The translations under genes were made by a program, and so were the position numbers. From the IMG/VR virus record IMGVR_UViG_3300033073_001881, positions 23,017 through 87,016 of that record: a stretch of DNA of 64,000 nucleotides; one strand, given 5' to 3'. Shown here one piece after another: positions 27,465 through 37,945 of the stretch (positions are counted from its first letter, which is position 1; every line of letters starts with the position of its first letter). This DNA is from a virus. Lineage: Duplodnaviria; Caudoviricetes. Below the pieces are notes generated by a model. That model worked only from the letters and a program-made list of their open reading frames with translations, was not told the DNA's origin and ran no database searches.

Positions 27465-30400
27465 ACGAATCTTGACCTCTATTTGTAATTTCTATAAATC
27501 CATCGACAGCGTCCTTGACGGCATCAACATGTGATATGACAATAACAGTTTTGAAAAATCTCTTTAAAGATCTTAGCAATCTATTGCATGCTTCAATATT
27601 TTGTTCATCTAATGCACCAAATCCTTCATCGATAATGATGATATCAGATTTAGGCAGAGATGAGACGTTGATCAAGGCAACTCTAATCGCAAGTGCGGAT
27701 AGCATTTTTTCCATGCCGGAACCTAATTCAATAGGTCTCTTTGAATCACCATAATCAATGAAAATATCCAAATCGGAGCATTCTTCGTCAGTTTCAAATG
27801 AAACTGTAAAACCAGCAACCCCTTGAAGAATCTTTGAAATTTCGTTATTAATTCTTGGAAGTTCTTTCTTTACAATGGTCATTGGAATTCCGTCCTTATT
27901 GTAAACGGACGCCAATGTATTATAAAAATTCCAGGATGCGCTTATTGAATTAAATCTTTTTTCTTCAGTGTTTAGATTGTTAATCTTTTCTTTAGTTACT
28001 GCCAGATTACTCTTTTGGGTAACCAAACTAGAATTAAGAGATCTAATTTTTTGAGAAATCTCATCTAGTTTTCTACGCTTGCTAGACATTATTTCTACTT
28101 CGTCAGAATCAGACATGTTCATCTTCGCATTTTCAAGCTCAAGATTAAGTTTGACAAGATCTTCAGAATATTTCTGAATATTGTTTTTTGCAAGATTAAT
28201 GTTGGATTCTATTCTTAGAATGTCGCTATTCAAAACTTTTTCTTTAGAAAGAGCAGCGTTATATTTCCTAATCATTTCTTTGATTTCGTCAATGTCAATT
28301 TCTGACATTTCTGAATTCATTTGTTTGATTTGTGATTTTAACTCCTGAATAGTTTTTCTTTGCTCATCAATAAGCTTTTTATCTCTGATAGAATCTTTTA
28401 TGAATTTACATGATGGAAATTGTTCTCCACATGGAACATCATTAAGTTTTGCTATCGATTTTTCTTGATTTTTAAGAATGTCGTTTTCTTTTTCAAGAGC
28501 ATACCCAGCTTTGACGCTATTTTTTTCAAGGAGTTCAAATTCCTGAACCTTTTGTTCATTTTCTTTAATCGGAAAATTTTCCTTTAAAAACTTGATCGAA
28601 GACGATTTTTTCGTAGTGTCTTTAAGAGAAATATCCAATTCTTCAAGAATTTTGTTTTGTTTATTTAGACTATTCTTAATATCTATGATCTTTCTTTCGA
28701 TTTCTTTAATGTCTGATGCTGAAAAATGTTTGGTGGCATTTCCGCCATGATCTCGAATCCAAATTTCAATTTGCTCCTTTAGCGAGGTGCTATCTTTAAT
28801 TTCTTGCTCGATTTTAAAAATCTCGCTATCGATATTGATAATTGAATTTTCATAAGACTCTCGCTGAAGTCTAAAATTAATATTTGGCATCGTTTTAAGA
28901 GCACTCTTAAACGACGAAGCTTCTTCCTTTAACTTAACATGAATAGAATCAAGAACCTGAAGATCTAGAAACTTAGAAAGAAGAAGTTTTCTTGCTGATG
29001 CCTTTAGTCGAATAAAATTATTCATTTCTCCTTGAGCGGCAAAGGATGTCAACAAGAAATCTTCTGAGGTTCCGATCAATTTTCTTAGCAGTCTTTCAGA
29101 CTCACGACGTTGCTCACCTGATAAATCGGATTGAGTATCACCTGATTCGTTAAGCTGAAACAGGTTTAATTGAGTAGACGCAGACACTTGTCCTTTTTTG
29201 TTAGAATGCTTTATGGTTTGTCTTTCAACCTTGTAAGGAACACCAGCTACACTAAATTCAACTGCGGCTTGACAATATCCTTTTCTTGTATTGACAATGT
29301 GAAGATTGCTAATGCTTCCTCTGTCTGTGTCGTTAAACAAAGAATACATTAAAGTACCAGGAATCGAAGATTTTCCGATTCTATTGACTCCAAAAAGACC
29401 GATTATACCAGATAAGGCGTTAAAATTAATTTCATTGCCTTTGCCATAACCAAAGGTGTTATCCCACGACATTTTAGAAATTGACCACTTTTGATTTCTT
29501 ACAGTATCGTCCTCTTCAATAGAGGACAAAATCGTTTTAATAGTGTCAACTCCATTTTTTAATTCATCAGGATTGTCTTTAAAAATAGGGGCCAAAAACT
29601 CACGATGAGTTTCAGGATCTCTTAGGCTTTTTCTATTAATATCAACATCTGATGTTATAGTCGATTTGTCATTTTCAGTATCCCATTTCCACACTATTTC
29701 ATGAGACTTCATTTCATCTTTTAAGAATGATGAAATTTGCTTAATTTCGTCCTGGGCAAGCATTTTATCTGAAGAGATACGAAATCTTGCACCAACCAAC
29801 TTTTTGTTAATTGATGCAATCGTTGAATCAACACCTGACCAATTAATGGTGACAAATGGATGAGGATTTTTCAAAATCACTCTTTCAACGTCAAAATCAT
29901 CTTTGCTTCTAATCGACCAAACAAGATAGCCTTTAACAGGATGCTCCCCATAATTTTGCTGAATTGTGGAGCCAGGGTACGCAAATCTATTTTCGCTATC
30001 TAAAAATTGCTGCTTATGAATATCACCGAAAAGACCGAAATGGCAACCTTTAAAAAGAGAAAGATCGACTTCACCTTCCGTTGGAAAATCAGCGTCTGTT
30101 AAAGAACCTCTAACGGCACCATGAAAAACAGATATAACAATTTCACCTTCGGTAGTTACGTCTTTCCAACCTTCCTCATCAAAGCAAGAAAAATTGGCAA
30201 TTCTAACTCCTGGCATGTGAGTTTCATAATTTCCACTTTTCTTAAACAATTTTAGTCGAGGATTACCAATAGCGGAAACAATTGGAGTAATTGCATCCTG
30301 CCTATCCGAATTATGAATTAATCCATCGTGATTGCCAAGAAAAATATAGGTTGGAGCAATCGCAGCCATTTGATTAAACCACCAAGTAAGAATCTCGATG

Positions 30401-30579
30401 ATTTCTGGGGAGATGCCTTGTGTTTTTGTATGAACTATGTCGCCAGATATGAAGATGGCGTCAAGATTGCTTTGACGCATTTTCTCAAATGCCTGCTTAA
30501 AAACAGAAACATATTCATCATGACGAGTAAGCCCACGAAAATGGACGTCAGCAAAATGTGCAATTTTATATTGTTTCAA
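27427..30579 (-). CDS. Fused Mre11/SbcD nuclease and Rad50/SbcC ATPase (gp47-gp46 fusion), 1050 aa
   Basis: Phosphoesterase motifs ADVH, SGDIVH, GNHD, FHG, GDIH; Walker A GVNRIGKSS; long coiled coil; signature-like GSGMEK; Walker B IIIIDEGFGALD; H-loop VISH. Confidence 0.93.
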   Translation of the reverse strand: MKQYKIAHFADVHFRGLTRHDEYVSVFKQAFEKMRQSNLDAIFISGDIVHTKTQGISPEIIEILTWWFNQMAAIAPTYIFLGNHDGLIHNSDRQDAITPIVSAIGNPRLKLFKKSGNYETHMPGVRIANFSCFDEEGWKDVTTEGEIVISVFHGAVRGSLTDADFPTEGEVDLSLFKGCHFGLFGDIHKQQFLDSENRFAYPGSTIQQNYGEHPVKGYLVWSIRSKDDFDVERVILKNPHPFVTINWSGVDSTIASINKKLVGARFRISSDKMLAQDEIKQISSFLKDEMKSHEIVWKWDTENDKSTITSDVDINRKSLRDPETHREFLAPIFKDNPDELKNGVDTIKTILSSIEEDDTVRNQKWSISKMSWDNTFGYGKGNEINFNALSGIIGLFGVNRIGKSSIPGTLMYSLFNDTDRGSISNLHIVNTRKGYCQAAVEFSVAGVPYKVERQTIKHSNKKGQVSASTQLNLFQLNESGDTQSDLSGEQRRESERLLRKLIGTSEDFLLTSFAAQGEMNNFIRLKASARKLLLSKFLDLQVLDSIHVKLKEEASSFKSALKTMPNINFRLQRESYENSIINIDSEIFKIEQEIKDSTSLKEQIEIWIRDHGGNATKHFSASDIKEIERKIIDIKNSLNKQNKILEELDISLKDTTKKSSSIKFLKENFPIKENEQKVQEFELLEKNSVKAGYALEKENDILKNQEKSIAKLNDVPCGEQFPSCKFIKDSIRDKKLIDEQRKTIQELKSQIKQMNSEMSEIDIDEIKEMIRKYNAALSKEKVLNSDILRIESNINLAKNNIQKYSEDLVKLNLELENAKMNMSDSDEVEIMSSKRRKLDEISQKIRSLNSSLVTQKSNLAVTKEKINNLNTEEKRFNSISASWNFYNTLASVYNKDGIPMTIVKKELPRINNEISKILQGVAGFTVSFETDEECSDLDIFIDYGDSKRPIELGSGMEKMLSALAIRVALINVSSLPKSDIIIIDEGFGALDEQNIEACNRLLRSLKRFFKTVIVISHVDAVKDAVDGFIEITNRGQDSYVVSADSVSDSE

Positions 30580-31529
30580 AGTAGTGATCCTGATTTGATA
30601 TTTTTGATCATGTATAAAATCCTATCATTTGGCTCCCATTCTTTAGCGTTATTTCTTGCATCAAGAATTTCATTTTGAGGCATTTCGCCAACATCTTTAT
30701 AGGCGCCTGTATTAAGAAATTTAACACAAACTCCGTGATTGAATAACATTTTTGCAATATTATGTGCTTTTTTCTGAACATCGTTATCTAAAGAAAGAAT
30801 AATGGGAGTTTTATTTCCAACGATTCGCTGGAAAATTGCATGTGAAGGAGTCATGCTTGAACCAAGAAGGCATGTCGTATTTCCACCAGCAGCTATCATG
30901 TCAAAAGGACCTTCAACTATCATTAATTCTTTATTCCAATCAATATCTATTTCATTAAAAATTACGTCGACTCTTTCTACAGTCGGATTATAATACTTTA
31001 CCGTGTCATTATCGATTGACCTTGCAGTCCAATAATTTAATTTTCCACAAGCGTCATATGATGTAATCACGGCCCGACGGCGACATTTGCCTTTTAACGA
31101 TGTTCCAATCCTGTATCTCCAGATTAAATCTTCACCTATTCCTCTTTCTTCTAAGTATCTAAGTACAGCACGATAATCAGGATCAGATTTTTCATCAATT
31201 AATGGAATAAAACCATTTGGAAGAGCAAGAACCTCTTCTTTCTCAGGTTCATCAATAAATTTTTTCTGTTCTTCTGAACCAAAAAGTCTGATCCATTCTC
31301 CCCGACTTCCTTTTGCACCGTGTTTTGACAAAAGGCTTGTGATGGATCTTCCTCTAATTCCACAAACAAAACAATGCCAAAGCTCATCATCGAGTTTAAC
31401 CATGAGCTTTTTCTTTTCTTTATGCTGACATTTGGGACATTTGAACGCCGCGTTTGATCCATCGCGTGCTAAATGACCTTTGCCAAAGGAATTAGAGAGA
31501 AATTTTAATCTTTCGGCGATGTCTATCAT
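30576..31529 (-). CDS. DNA primase, DnaG/gp61-like, 317 aa
   Basis: Zinc finger CPKC...WHCFVC, RYLEERGI, TOPRIM motifs IVEGPFD and LDND. Confidence 0.88.
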   Translation of the reverse strand: MIDIAERLKFLSNSFGKGHLARDGSNAAFKCPKCQHKEKKKLMVKLDDELWHCFVCGIRGRSITSLLSKHGAKGSRGEWIRLFGSEEQKKFIDEPEKEEVLALPNGFIPLIDEKSDPDYRAVLRYLEERGIGEDLIWRYRIGTSLKGKCRRRAVITSYDACGKLNYWTARSIDNDTVKYYNPTVERVDVIFNEIDIDWNKELMIVEGPFDMIAAGGNTTCLLGSSMTPSHAIFQRIVGNKTPIILSLDNDVQKKAHNIAKMLFNHGVCVKFLNTGAYKDVGEMPQNEILDARNNAKEWEPNDRILYMIKNIKSGSLL

Positions 31530-31534
31530 AAGCC

Positions 31535-31564
31535 ATTATATGCTTATGCTTATAAGGTTTTCAA
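31535..31564 (-). promoter_or_regulatory. Putative sigma70-type promoter TTGAAA-N18-TATAAT, 5 nt before the primase ATG
   Basis: -35 at 31559-31564 (within the last codons of the RuvC-like gene), perfect -10 at 31535-31540, no SD. Confidence 0.6.
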
Positions 31565-32086
31565 ACCCGCTGTGACTAGAAGAAAAGCATCTGCGGCATC
31601 TTCACTGCCATGAACAAGTTCAGTTTGTCCCTTTCTTTTTCCAACCTTTACTATTCTTGTTTTCCATGCCGAATCAGGAGTTCTTGTTCTAGCCCAAGCG
31701 ACAACATGGACTTTAGCATTTTCTCCTTTAGGAACTTTTAAACCGACTTTGCTTCTTGCAGTTTTTACCATGATAGAAACAGGTTGAATTCCCCAAAGCT
31801 TCCAACAAATTTGACAGACGACAGCGTTGAATTTTGCCAAAGTCACGATGACGCCTGCCGATGACATTCCAGAACGAAAGCCAAGAACATGCTCTTCGAC
31901 AAAAATTCCTTTTGGAACAGGTAGTTCTCGAAGTCCGTTTTCTATTGCATCTGCTTTTTCATAGAAATTTTTACAGTCAGATAGATCAAACCATCCCATA
32001 TTGTAAAAATTACCTGAAGAATCTATAAGTGACCAGCCTGTGCATGAAGTAGAAATATCTAATCCAAGATATAGATCAGAAGTCAA
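31550..32086 (-). CDS. RuvC-like Holliday junction resolvase (probable TTG start at 32086, 178 aa)
   Basis: YLGLDISTSCTG, IFVEE, EDAADA acidic RNase H-fold motifs; AGGA 6 nt before a TTG that overlaps the upstream stop. Confidence 0.8.
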   Translation of the reverse strand: MTSDLYLGLDISTSCTGWSLIDSSGNFYNMGWFDLSDCKNFYEKADAIENGLRELPVPKGIFVEEHVLGFRSGMSSAGVIVTLAKFNAVVCQICWKLWGIQPVSIMVKTARSKVGLKVPKGENAKVHVVAWARTRTPDSAWKTRIVKVGKRKGQTELVHGSEDAADAFLLVTAGLKTL

Positions 32087-34310
32087 ATTTTGTCCTGATG
32101 ATAAATTTGTCTGATGTTCTTTTTGGAATTGATTGTGCAAGGTCTGCTCGTCCGACGATGTTAAAGTTTTCATCATGTAAATTTACCCGATTGATGTAAA
32201 CGAAATTTTCTTTACTCTCATTAGCATAATCAGATGCAGTAAGAGGTAAATAGTTTGGCATCGAACTTGAATTAATTTTATAAGCAGGAACTGAAATATT
32301 CGCAGTAAGAGTATGAACAGGTTTTTCACCTTGAAAATTCATACTAAACGAATCTTTTCCAAATAGATCTCCAAAATAAGGCGCCGTTATAACCGCTAAA
32401 CCTTCTTCATAAATGAGAGATCCAACCGCGTTCCATTTCGCATGTGTGGTGGTTGCGTCTGCTCTATAAAGCCCGCCCATTCCGTTATCTTTTAATGTGA
32501 AAGACAAAAGACCATTAGAACCGGTAAAATTCGAATCCGTGATAGAAAATGTTTCAGGATGAATTTTGCTTCCATAATACAGATTTGAAATGTCAAAAAT
32601 CGAAACAAGGTTTGAAGAAGGATCTCTTGTTCCACTTTGAATATACGAAAAACCATGAGCAGGAAAATCACCGTCTAAATTATCTGGAGACAAATAGGCA
32701 GATGACCAGTCTGGAGAATCGCTACTTGTTATTTTAGTCACAATATTCGATAAATCAACTCTGCTATTCGTAAAAATAAAATATGGAGTTTCGGATGATG
32801 TTGAAAGCAAAGTAAAATCTGGAGTAAATTTTCCATTGTCGCAAGGCAGAATTAGTAAATTCTTTTTAATCGATTTTGTATCATTAAAAAGATAATCATT
32901 TGCAGTCATTCCTGAAGTAGGGGTTCCTGATTGCAAAGACGATGTCATGTTTATTAGTCTTGGAAAATACCCGGTAATATGATCTCTTAAATGATTTTCA
33001 GCATTTATTAAATGTCCGTTTGAATTAAACGCCATTTGTGTGTTTACAGGAGTGTCTATCATAATTGCGCTAAATGACAAAAATGGAGAATATAAAATAT
33101 TTCTATCTACTGATTCGTGAGTGAAATGAGGTCCTAAATAGAATTTAAGATTTTCATCCTTGCCAGGAGATTGTGAGGCTCCTGATCTAATTAGAGAAAT
33201 ATCTCTAAATTCATTCCATATACGAATTTCATGAAGCTCGGCTCCTAACTGATCCTTCATAACAAACGAAGGATAATTTTCTATTGAAGAAAAAACATCA
33301 GAAAATCCTTCATTTAAAACGTCTACGCTTTTAAATAGTCCTTCTATTTTATTCGAACCCGCATTTTCTCCATCATAAAAATTTCCGATAAAAAGAGCAT
33401 TGGAATCGTCGCTATAATTCAATGAACTTGAAGGAATAGAAAAATCACCTGAAGCTATTCCATCAATAAAGAAAGATCCACTTCCAAAATTAGATGCTGT
33501 TCCTCCCCATCTAATAGCGACATGATGCCACCCATTAAAAGTGATGTCATCACTACTTGTGAATATTAGATCATTTGGATATGAAAGATTACTAAAATCA
33601 ACGCTAGATGGTGAAGTTTCGCTACTATGACTTAATTGCAACTGAATTTTAAATGAGTCAGGTTTACCTTCAGGATTTAACTGGCTTCCGCTAATAATAG
33701 AAATAGCGAACGATGATGACATGTGCAAAATTGTGCCAGCATTATACGAACCCGCAGTTCGCATTGTTGGCTTAATGTAAAATTCAAATGTAAAAGCGTC
33801 GTTAGGGGCAAGCTTCAAATTTGGACTTGGATAGGCAAGCGCGGCATCACTTGAAAAACCAGATCCACTAACGAAGTTTAATGAAAGATAGTTAAAGTTA
33901 CCCCAGAATGCACACGAGGGATACGCAGAAGCGTAGAAGGGGTATAAAATGGATTTTATTACGCCTTTTCTCCTGGTGTCTTTATTTAACTCTGGCGATG
34001 GTACAAAGCGTACTACCTTGACTTCTTTTGATGAACGAGGAGATGATGATAAAGAATTCACACTATCGATATAATTCAAAACCCCAACCGAAATATCAGT
34101 TGCAGTCGAGTTTATTTCATCATAAAGTGATCCACTAGAGTCGGAAAAAATGTAATTATCTTTTGATGAATTTTTTTCGACTACGCTGGCCTGAGGATAC
34201 ACTTTTATGGTACCTGTCAAGCCAGAAGATGATGATGAAAATTCTCTATGAGGTCTTGCAATGAATGTATAATTCTCAAAAAGTCCTGGTCCTACTTTAA
34301 CAAGGGACAT
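32076..34310 (-). CDS. Baseplate/tail-associated protein with LamG (concanavalin A-like) domain and C-terminal collar-like half-domain, 744 aa
   Basis: FTFEFYIK, WHHVAIRW and ELHEIRIWN LamG motifs; C-terminus paralogous to 34321..35586. Confidence 0.65.
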   Translation of the reverse strand: MSLVKVGPGLFENYTFIARPHREFSSSSSGLTGTIKVYPQASVVEKNSSKDNYIFSDSSGSLYDEINSTATDISVGVLNYIDSVNSLSSSPRSSKEVKVVRFVPSPELNKDTRRKGVIKSILYPFYASAYPSCAFWGNFNYLSLNFVSGSGFSSDAALAYPSPNLKLAPNDAFTFEFYIKPTMRTAGSYNAGTILHMSSSFAISIISGSQLNPEGKPDSFKIQLQLSHSSETSPSSVDFSNLSYPNDLIFTSSDDITFNGWHHVAIRWGGTASNFGSGSFFIDGIASGDFSIPSSSLNYSDDSNALFIGNFYDGENAGSNKIEGLFKSVDVLNEGFSDVFSSIENYPSFVMKDQLGAELHEIRIWNEFRDISLIRSGASQSPGKDENLKFYLGPHFTHESVDRNILYSPFLSFSAIMIDTPVNTQMAFNSNGHLINAENHLRDHITGYFPRLINMTSSLQSGTPTSGMTANDYLFNDTKSIKKNLLILPCDNGKFTPDFTLLSTSSETPYFIFTNSRVDLSNIVTKITSSDSPDWSSAYLSPDNLDGDFPAHGFSYIQSGTRDPSSNLVSIFDISNLYYGSKIHPETFSITDSNFTGSNGLLSFTLKDNGMGGLYRADATTTHAKWNAVGSLIYEEGLAVITAPYFGDLFGKDSFSMNFQGEKPVHTLTANISVPAYKINSSSMPNYLPLTASDYANESKENFVYINRVNLHDENFNIVGRADLAQSIPKRTSDKFIIRTKFDF

Positions 34311-34320
34311 AAAAACCCCC

Positions 34321-35586
34321 TTAGAAGTCCAATCGGACTCTTATTGTTAAATCCTGAGTTTCATCTTTAAGAATTGGTCTTGAAAATTTTGCAACAGCGA
34401 GCAATCTGTTTTGATTGTCATATAGTCCAATTCCAGTTGGGCAGGTAAAAGGTCTTGCCGAATCACCTGTCTGATTTTCCATTACAACAAGATTGTTTGT
34501 TTCATCAAAGTATGTTGGATTATTTGAATAATTGAACTCGTCAGAGGTGGCTCTACAAAATAGAAGCATTGAATTTACATTTGTTTGATTCTGAAATGTA
34601 ATGCCTGTTAAAGATCCTGACTGAATTCTTGTTGACGCAAAGTAATTCACAAGATCATCCATAGACGCTGACACCATAAGATCGGGAATCAATACTGCGT
34701 TAGGATTACAACCATCAAGAGACGATCCAATAACAGTCTGATTTGTTAAGGCGGGTGATGTTGATCCTGTCACAGCTGAAATCGTTCCAGACATATGCTG
34801 ACTTGCAAAGCAGATTTTCTTTAAATCAAGAACCGCAATACCTGCATCGTACCAAATAAGGCCAACTGAATTATCTGTATTTGCTGAATCTACAAGTGTG
34901 CCTACTGTTCCACCTGGTCGGGTAGCAAGGTTGGAAGACAATGTTGAGTCTGTAAAAACTGCGCTACCTGAAGGTGAAGTGATGTCTAGATTACTGCCTG
35001 TATAGCCATTGACTATGCTAGTGTGAAATCCGCTGGCTCCGTCAAATGCTCCGGTTGTATAAAATCTCATTGCGAAGCTATTTCTACGAATTCCGTCTCT
35101 AACAAAAAGTCTCTTAAATGAAAGGAATAGCGCGTCGTCTATTCTTGCAGTTTCGGTATTTTCATTAATTGGAGAAAAGAATGATGATTCAGTATCACCA
35201 AGAAGTTTGCCTGCAAACATTCTATACATATCTACCTTCTCTCTCATCATCATTGAAGATGATGAATAGAGATACTTTCCTCCGTCCGTAATACCGGTTG
35301 AAGCGCTGAGGTTTGTAGAACCGCTCCAATATAATCCAACTGTCATATCAAACATTGGATTTGCTACCTGCAAACTATAATCTTGATCATATACAGTTTG
35401 AAATAAGGACGATGTTACCGCGTATGTTTGATTAGAATCAGATGATGCAGTGACAAAAATAGAGTACTGTTTTCTTGTAGATGAGCCAGAAATATCCTGT
35501 TGCACTATATCTACAAGTTGCGAAAGACTGGTTGTGGTTGTCTTAACATCACTTGCGACATCAAGATCTTTGAAAGAAGTTGCCAT
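34321..35586 (-). CDS. Baseplate/tail-associated protein, 421 aa
   Basis: C-terminal GIGLYDNQNRLLAVAKFSRPILKD...IRVRLDF resembles the end of phage tail-collar domains. Confidence 0.6.
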   Translation of the reverse strand: MATSFKDLDVASDVKTTTTSLSQLVDIVQQDISGSSTRKQYSIFVTASSDSNQTYAVTSSLFQTVYDQDYSLQVANPMFDMTVGLYWSGSTNLSASTGITDGGKYLYSSSSMMMREKVDMYRMFAGKLLGDTESSFFSPINENTETARIDDALFLSFKRLFVRDGIRRNSFAMRFYTTGAFDGASGFHTSIVNGYTGSNLDITSPSGSAVFTDSTLSSNLATRPGGTVGTLVDSANTDNSVGLIWYDAGIAVLDLKKICFASQHMSGTISAVTGSTSPALTNQTVIGSSLDGCNPNAVLIPDLMVSASMDDLVNYFASTRIQSGSLTGITFQNQTNVNSMLLFCRATSDEFNYSNNPTYFDETNNLVVMENQTGDSARPFTCPTGIGLYDNQNRLLAVAKFSRPILKDETQDLTIRVRLDF

Positions 35587-35595
35587 AAATTATTC

Positions 35596-36279
35596 CTATT
35601 TTGTAATGCTTACGAATAGATCGGTTGTAATACCAGTTGTTTCACCAACTATTTTTACAGGAGTTACAATTGTTGTTCCATCACCGTAAGTAGTAAAATC
35701 TGTACTCGTACTTGAAATAACAGTTCTTAATGTGAAATCTCTGGTCACGGTTGTGCCATTTGTTGATGAAACAGTTGGGAGCAAATACGCGCTAACATTA
35801 TTTGGAAGTCTATGATCAGCATTGGCATCTGTTATTCTTAAAAATCTACTATTCAAATAGATGTAGAAGTATGTCTCAACAAGATCGGCTGGAATAACTG
35901 AGCTATCCTGCATTCCTTGTGTAATCGTCACCTTAGATGTGGTAACATTGCTTACTGTAGATATTGATGTTGTTTGACCTGTGCTTAATGAAAGATAAGG
36001 ATACATGGTCAATGCCTGTGCTGTTAAGCTCACACAGTTGTATTTGATAGCAATTCCACCCTGCGTTTGGGCTTCAAAAATAGGCGTGTTTTTTAGAATT
36101 TTTTCTTTTCCGACGGTAAGACCATATCGTGAAACCATTCCATAATCTACTTCATCATCGGTTAAAGCAAATTTACGAATAGAAAAACTTCCATTGTTTG
36201 CTGCCAATAACTGGCGACCGAGATCGGTTAAAACAGCATCTACGACTATGTTCGAAGATGAATTATCAAGAAAGCCCAT
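35596..36279 (-). CDS. Baseplate/tail-associated protein, 227 aa
   Basis: N-terminal AVLTDLGRQLLA...IRKFALTDDEVDY resembles the start of tail-collar domains; AAAGGAG SD. Confidence 0.6.
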   Translation of the reverse strand: MGFLDNSSSNIVVDAVLTDLGRQLLAANNGSFSIRKFALTDDEVDYGMVSRYGLTVGKEKILKNTPIFEAQTQGGIAIKYNCVSLTAQALTMYPYLSLSTGQTTSISTVSNVTTSKVTITQGMQDSSVIPADLVETYFYIYLNSRFLRITDANADHRLPNNVSAYLLPTVSSTNGTTVTRDFTLRTVISSTSTDFTTYGDGTTIVTPVKIVGETTGITTDLFVSITK

Positions 36280-36310
36280 ATTACTCCTTTAGTCTTAATA
36301 CAAATTAGAC

Positions 36311-37945
36311 TTATTCTGATGATCGTAAATCAATTATTGAAATTGGGATGGAAATTTGTTCCGCTCTAGTTGTATCTATGATGCTCATATAGTAAGTTGC
36401 ATTCTTTTTAAGAAATTCTAAATCACTTCCATCAGAATTTGTAACTTTCAAATATTCAGGATCGAATGTTATTGAAATTTTCTTAATTCCACTTCTTGTT
36501 ACCGAGTCCAAAGTAAGCGTGCCAGGTAAATCGACATAAATATTCGGATAAGGACGAGGTGCTCCAGAATCGCTAATACACTTAACTGACAAAGCGTTTA
36601 TCTGCTTATTAAAAGTTACTTGATGTTGGGCAGAATAATTTGAAACAAATCCATGCGCGTCTACCGATGCAACAGCGTAGATAAAATCAGATGACTTTCT
36701 AAAATCATAATCTATATGCCTTCTAACAACAGTTGTTGACTTTGAAATATTAACAGGCAAAGGCTCTTCATTTCTTTCAATTTTTATTTCACTTTGATCA
36801 AAATCATATTCTTTTAATAGCATGAATGGTTCAAGAAGAGAACTTCTTCTAAAAACCTGAATTCTTGTAATATCTTCCTGTCTATTAAATGGCATACTCC
36901 AGCTTATAGATAATTCATTTTTTGAATGATCATACCTAAATCTTAGGTCCTCTGGTGGAGGTGGTGGAGTCTTTTCTTCTACTGTTATAGAGACCATGTT
37001 TGAAGGTGAAGAAGAAATTAGAACTTGACCTGCTACATAATCGTATCTATCATATAGCATCATTGGAACTTCACTGACATAAACTGCACGAACTGAGTAG
37101 GAATATCTTTTTCCGTAAGTCACAGTTTCGTCTTTGTAAGTAAAATTCCCAGGCTCTAAAATAACAAGCGGAGAAATTAATTCTCTTTCGCCATTTGATT
37201 TTTCCTCTATTCTATCGATGATATAACATACAAGCTTTTTAAAAGATGGATCAAATTCTCTTTCTTCAAATGTAACGGGTTTTGCGATGGGAGTAAATTC
37301 TTCGCTTTTAATATTGGGAGAAATTCTTTTTGCTTCATTTTGTCTTTCTTCAAGAGAATTCGCGACTAACCCGTGTGAAACCATTATTCTAGAGGATGAA
37401 ATTTCCGAAGAATGAAAAAGATCAGAAACTATCTTGTCATTAACTATAGAATTGATAGGAAATCCTGTTACAGATTTAAACTTTTCTATTTCTAAATTAC
37501 CTGTTGTGTTAAAAAAATTAAATCCAACCAAATTACTATTTACCGATAAAGCCTGTAATGCATTTGCGTCGATAGAATCACTTAGCTGTTTTGATAATTT
37601 CTCTGCTTTATCAGTTGCGTTTCCTGTTATTTTTCTAATTCTGCAAGATCTGTTTATTGAATCAAAGATTCTTGCCAACATGCCTGTATCTTGAGAAGAA
37701 ATGAATGTATTTGAAGATTGAGAAAAATCTTCAGATCCATGAAATAGATTTGAAAAATCCTTGAAAGTCGAATCAGTGCTACCTGAATAAGCATGTTTGA
37801 ATTCTAATTCAACTATGCAAGAACTGGAAGGGTTTGAAACTTCCCCTTTTTCATATTTGAAGTATCTAAATTTCGCTACAAGATTAGAAGGAGACAAATA
37901 CGAAGTATGTGATATTACATTGCTAAAATTCGAATTTTTATTCAT
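36311..37945 (-). CDS. Putative structural protein with two FN3/Ig-like domains, 544 aa
   Basis: YSYSVRAVY, PPPPEDLRFRY...ISWSMP and FIYAVASVD fibronectin type III patterns. Confidence 0.55.
   Translation of the reverse strand: MNKNSNFSNVISHTSYLSPSNLVAKFRYFKYEKGEVSNPSSSCIVELEFKHAYSGSTDSTFKDFSNLFHGSEDFSQSSNTFISSQDTGMLARIFDSINRSCRIRKITGNATDKAEKLSKQLSDSIDANALQALSVNSNLVGFNFFNTTGNLEIEKFKSVTGFPINSIVNDKIVSDLFHSSEISSSRIMVSHGLVANSLEERQNEAKRISPNIKSEEFTPIAKPVTFEEREFDPSFKKLVCYIIDRIEEKSNGERELISPLVILEPGNFTYKDETVTYGKRYSYSVRAVYVSEVPMMLYDRYDYVAGQVLISSSPSNMVSITVEEKTPPPPPEDLRFRYDHSKNELSISWSMPFNRQEDITRIQVFRRSSLLEPFMLLKEYDFDQSEIKIERNEEPLPVNISKSTTVVRRHIDYDFRKSSDFIYAVASVDAHGFVSNYSAQHQVTFNKQINALSVKCISDSGAPRPYPNIYVDLPGTLTLDSVTRSGIKKISITFDPEYLKVTNSDGSDLEFLKKNATYYMSIIDTTRAEQISIPISIIDLRSSE

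Noticed and set aside
25248-31529. Inteins or self-splicing introns in terminase, nuclease or primase
   Set aside because: Terminase and primase have normal lengths, motifs are in order, and no C...HN/C or LAGLIDADG pattern was noticed. The long nuclease is explained by fusion plus coiled coil.
31550-32176. RuvC-fold protein as TnpB/Cas12-like, and the 30-aa N-terminal extension in the ORF track
   Set aside because: At about 178 aa it has no REC, WED or zinc-finger parts and no adjacent noncoding RNA space. The extension lies wholly inside the upstream gene.
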